Of a stretch of 64,000 bases of DNA, positions 63,725-64,000 are shown piece after piece. Position numbers and translations under genes: made by a program. The stretch's first letter is position 1; each line of letters begins with the position of its first letter. The notes beneath the pieces are model-generated. The model made no database searches. It worked only from the letters and a program-made list of their open reading frames with translations, and had not been told where the DNA came from. Source of the stretch: Pseudomonas aeruginosa PAO1 (GTDB lineage: Bacteria > Pseudomonadota > Gammaproteobacteria > Pseudomonadales > Pseudomonadaceae); NCBI RefSeq assembly GCF_000006765.1, contig NC_002516.2. One strand, given 5' to 3'.

Positions 63725-63759
63725 TTTTCCACTGGGTTATCCACAGGATCTGTGGATTT
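63725..63759. promoter_or_regulatory. Cluster of three DnaA-box-like 9-mers
   Basis: TTTTCCACT, perfect TTATCCACA (63737-63745), and inverted TGTGGATTT. Confidence 0.6.
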
Positions 63760-64000
63760 CCCAAGCGCTTGCTCGACAGCACATCGCACGCTCCAAGGCA
63801 AGCCCTGTAGCCGCGACAAAAATGCCGTGGAAGCAGAAATGTCCTGGCGGCGAAGGGCGCAGGGCGATGGCTTCCGTTACGGAAGTATCTGAGATGTCCT
63901 GCGCATGGGGTACGCACAGCTCGGAAGCGGAGTGCTCGTTCGGCGCGGCGCTATTCGCTCGACGGTCTTTTCCCAAGAACCTAGAATCCGCTGCACGCGC

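Noticed and set aside
63391-64000. sRNA P8 (PA1030.1), which I recall being reported in this intergenic region
   Set aside because: I cannot place its ends from the sequence alone, so it is not listed as a feature; an Rfam scan would settle it.

Overview
This is Pseudomonas aeruginosa chromosome. Gene order and lengths match my recollection of PAO1 PA0969-PA1030, which I could not check against a database. Left to right: (1) the core tolQRAB-oprL-cpoB-queE-queC block and tRNA-Lys(TTT). (2) A 9-kb island (6411-15382) bounded by a 22-bp repeat of the tRNA 3' end. It looks like a pKLC102/PAPI-1-type ICE collapsed by three IS3-family elements, keeping pyocin S5 plus immunity and fragments of the integrase, DsbA and pilL2 genes. 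(3) Thioesterase, Nudix, hptA, cupC1-3 and ogt. (4) The PQS quorum-sensing locus pqsABCDE-phnAB-mvfR with its RhlR, PqsR and las boxes. (5) Housekeeping genes nadA to purC, tRNA-Ser(CGA) and wapB. (6) An IclR-controlled 12-gene acyl-CoA catabolic operon of unknown substrate. (7) amaB-amaA, a RES-Xre toxin-antitoxin pair whose antitoxin is frameshifted, and an AT-rich intergenic end. Best leads: a His/Cys-rich double zinc-ribbon mini-protein behind a CadR/PbrR-type (MerR) promoter (58231-58571); a Cys-less thiolase plus Zn-less DUF35 pair in the catabolic operon, suggesting aldolytic chemistry; a DnaA-box/IHF cluster resembling DARS/datA (63547-63759); and a three-hairpin tRNA trailer with compensatory changes, present both in the island and in the flanking chromosome. 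No CRISPR array or rRNA was seen.
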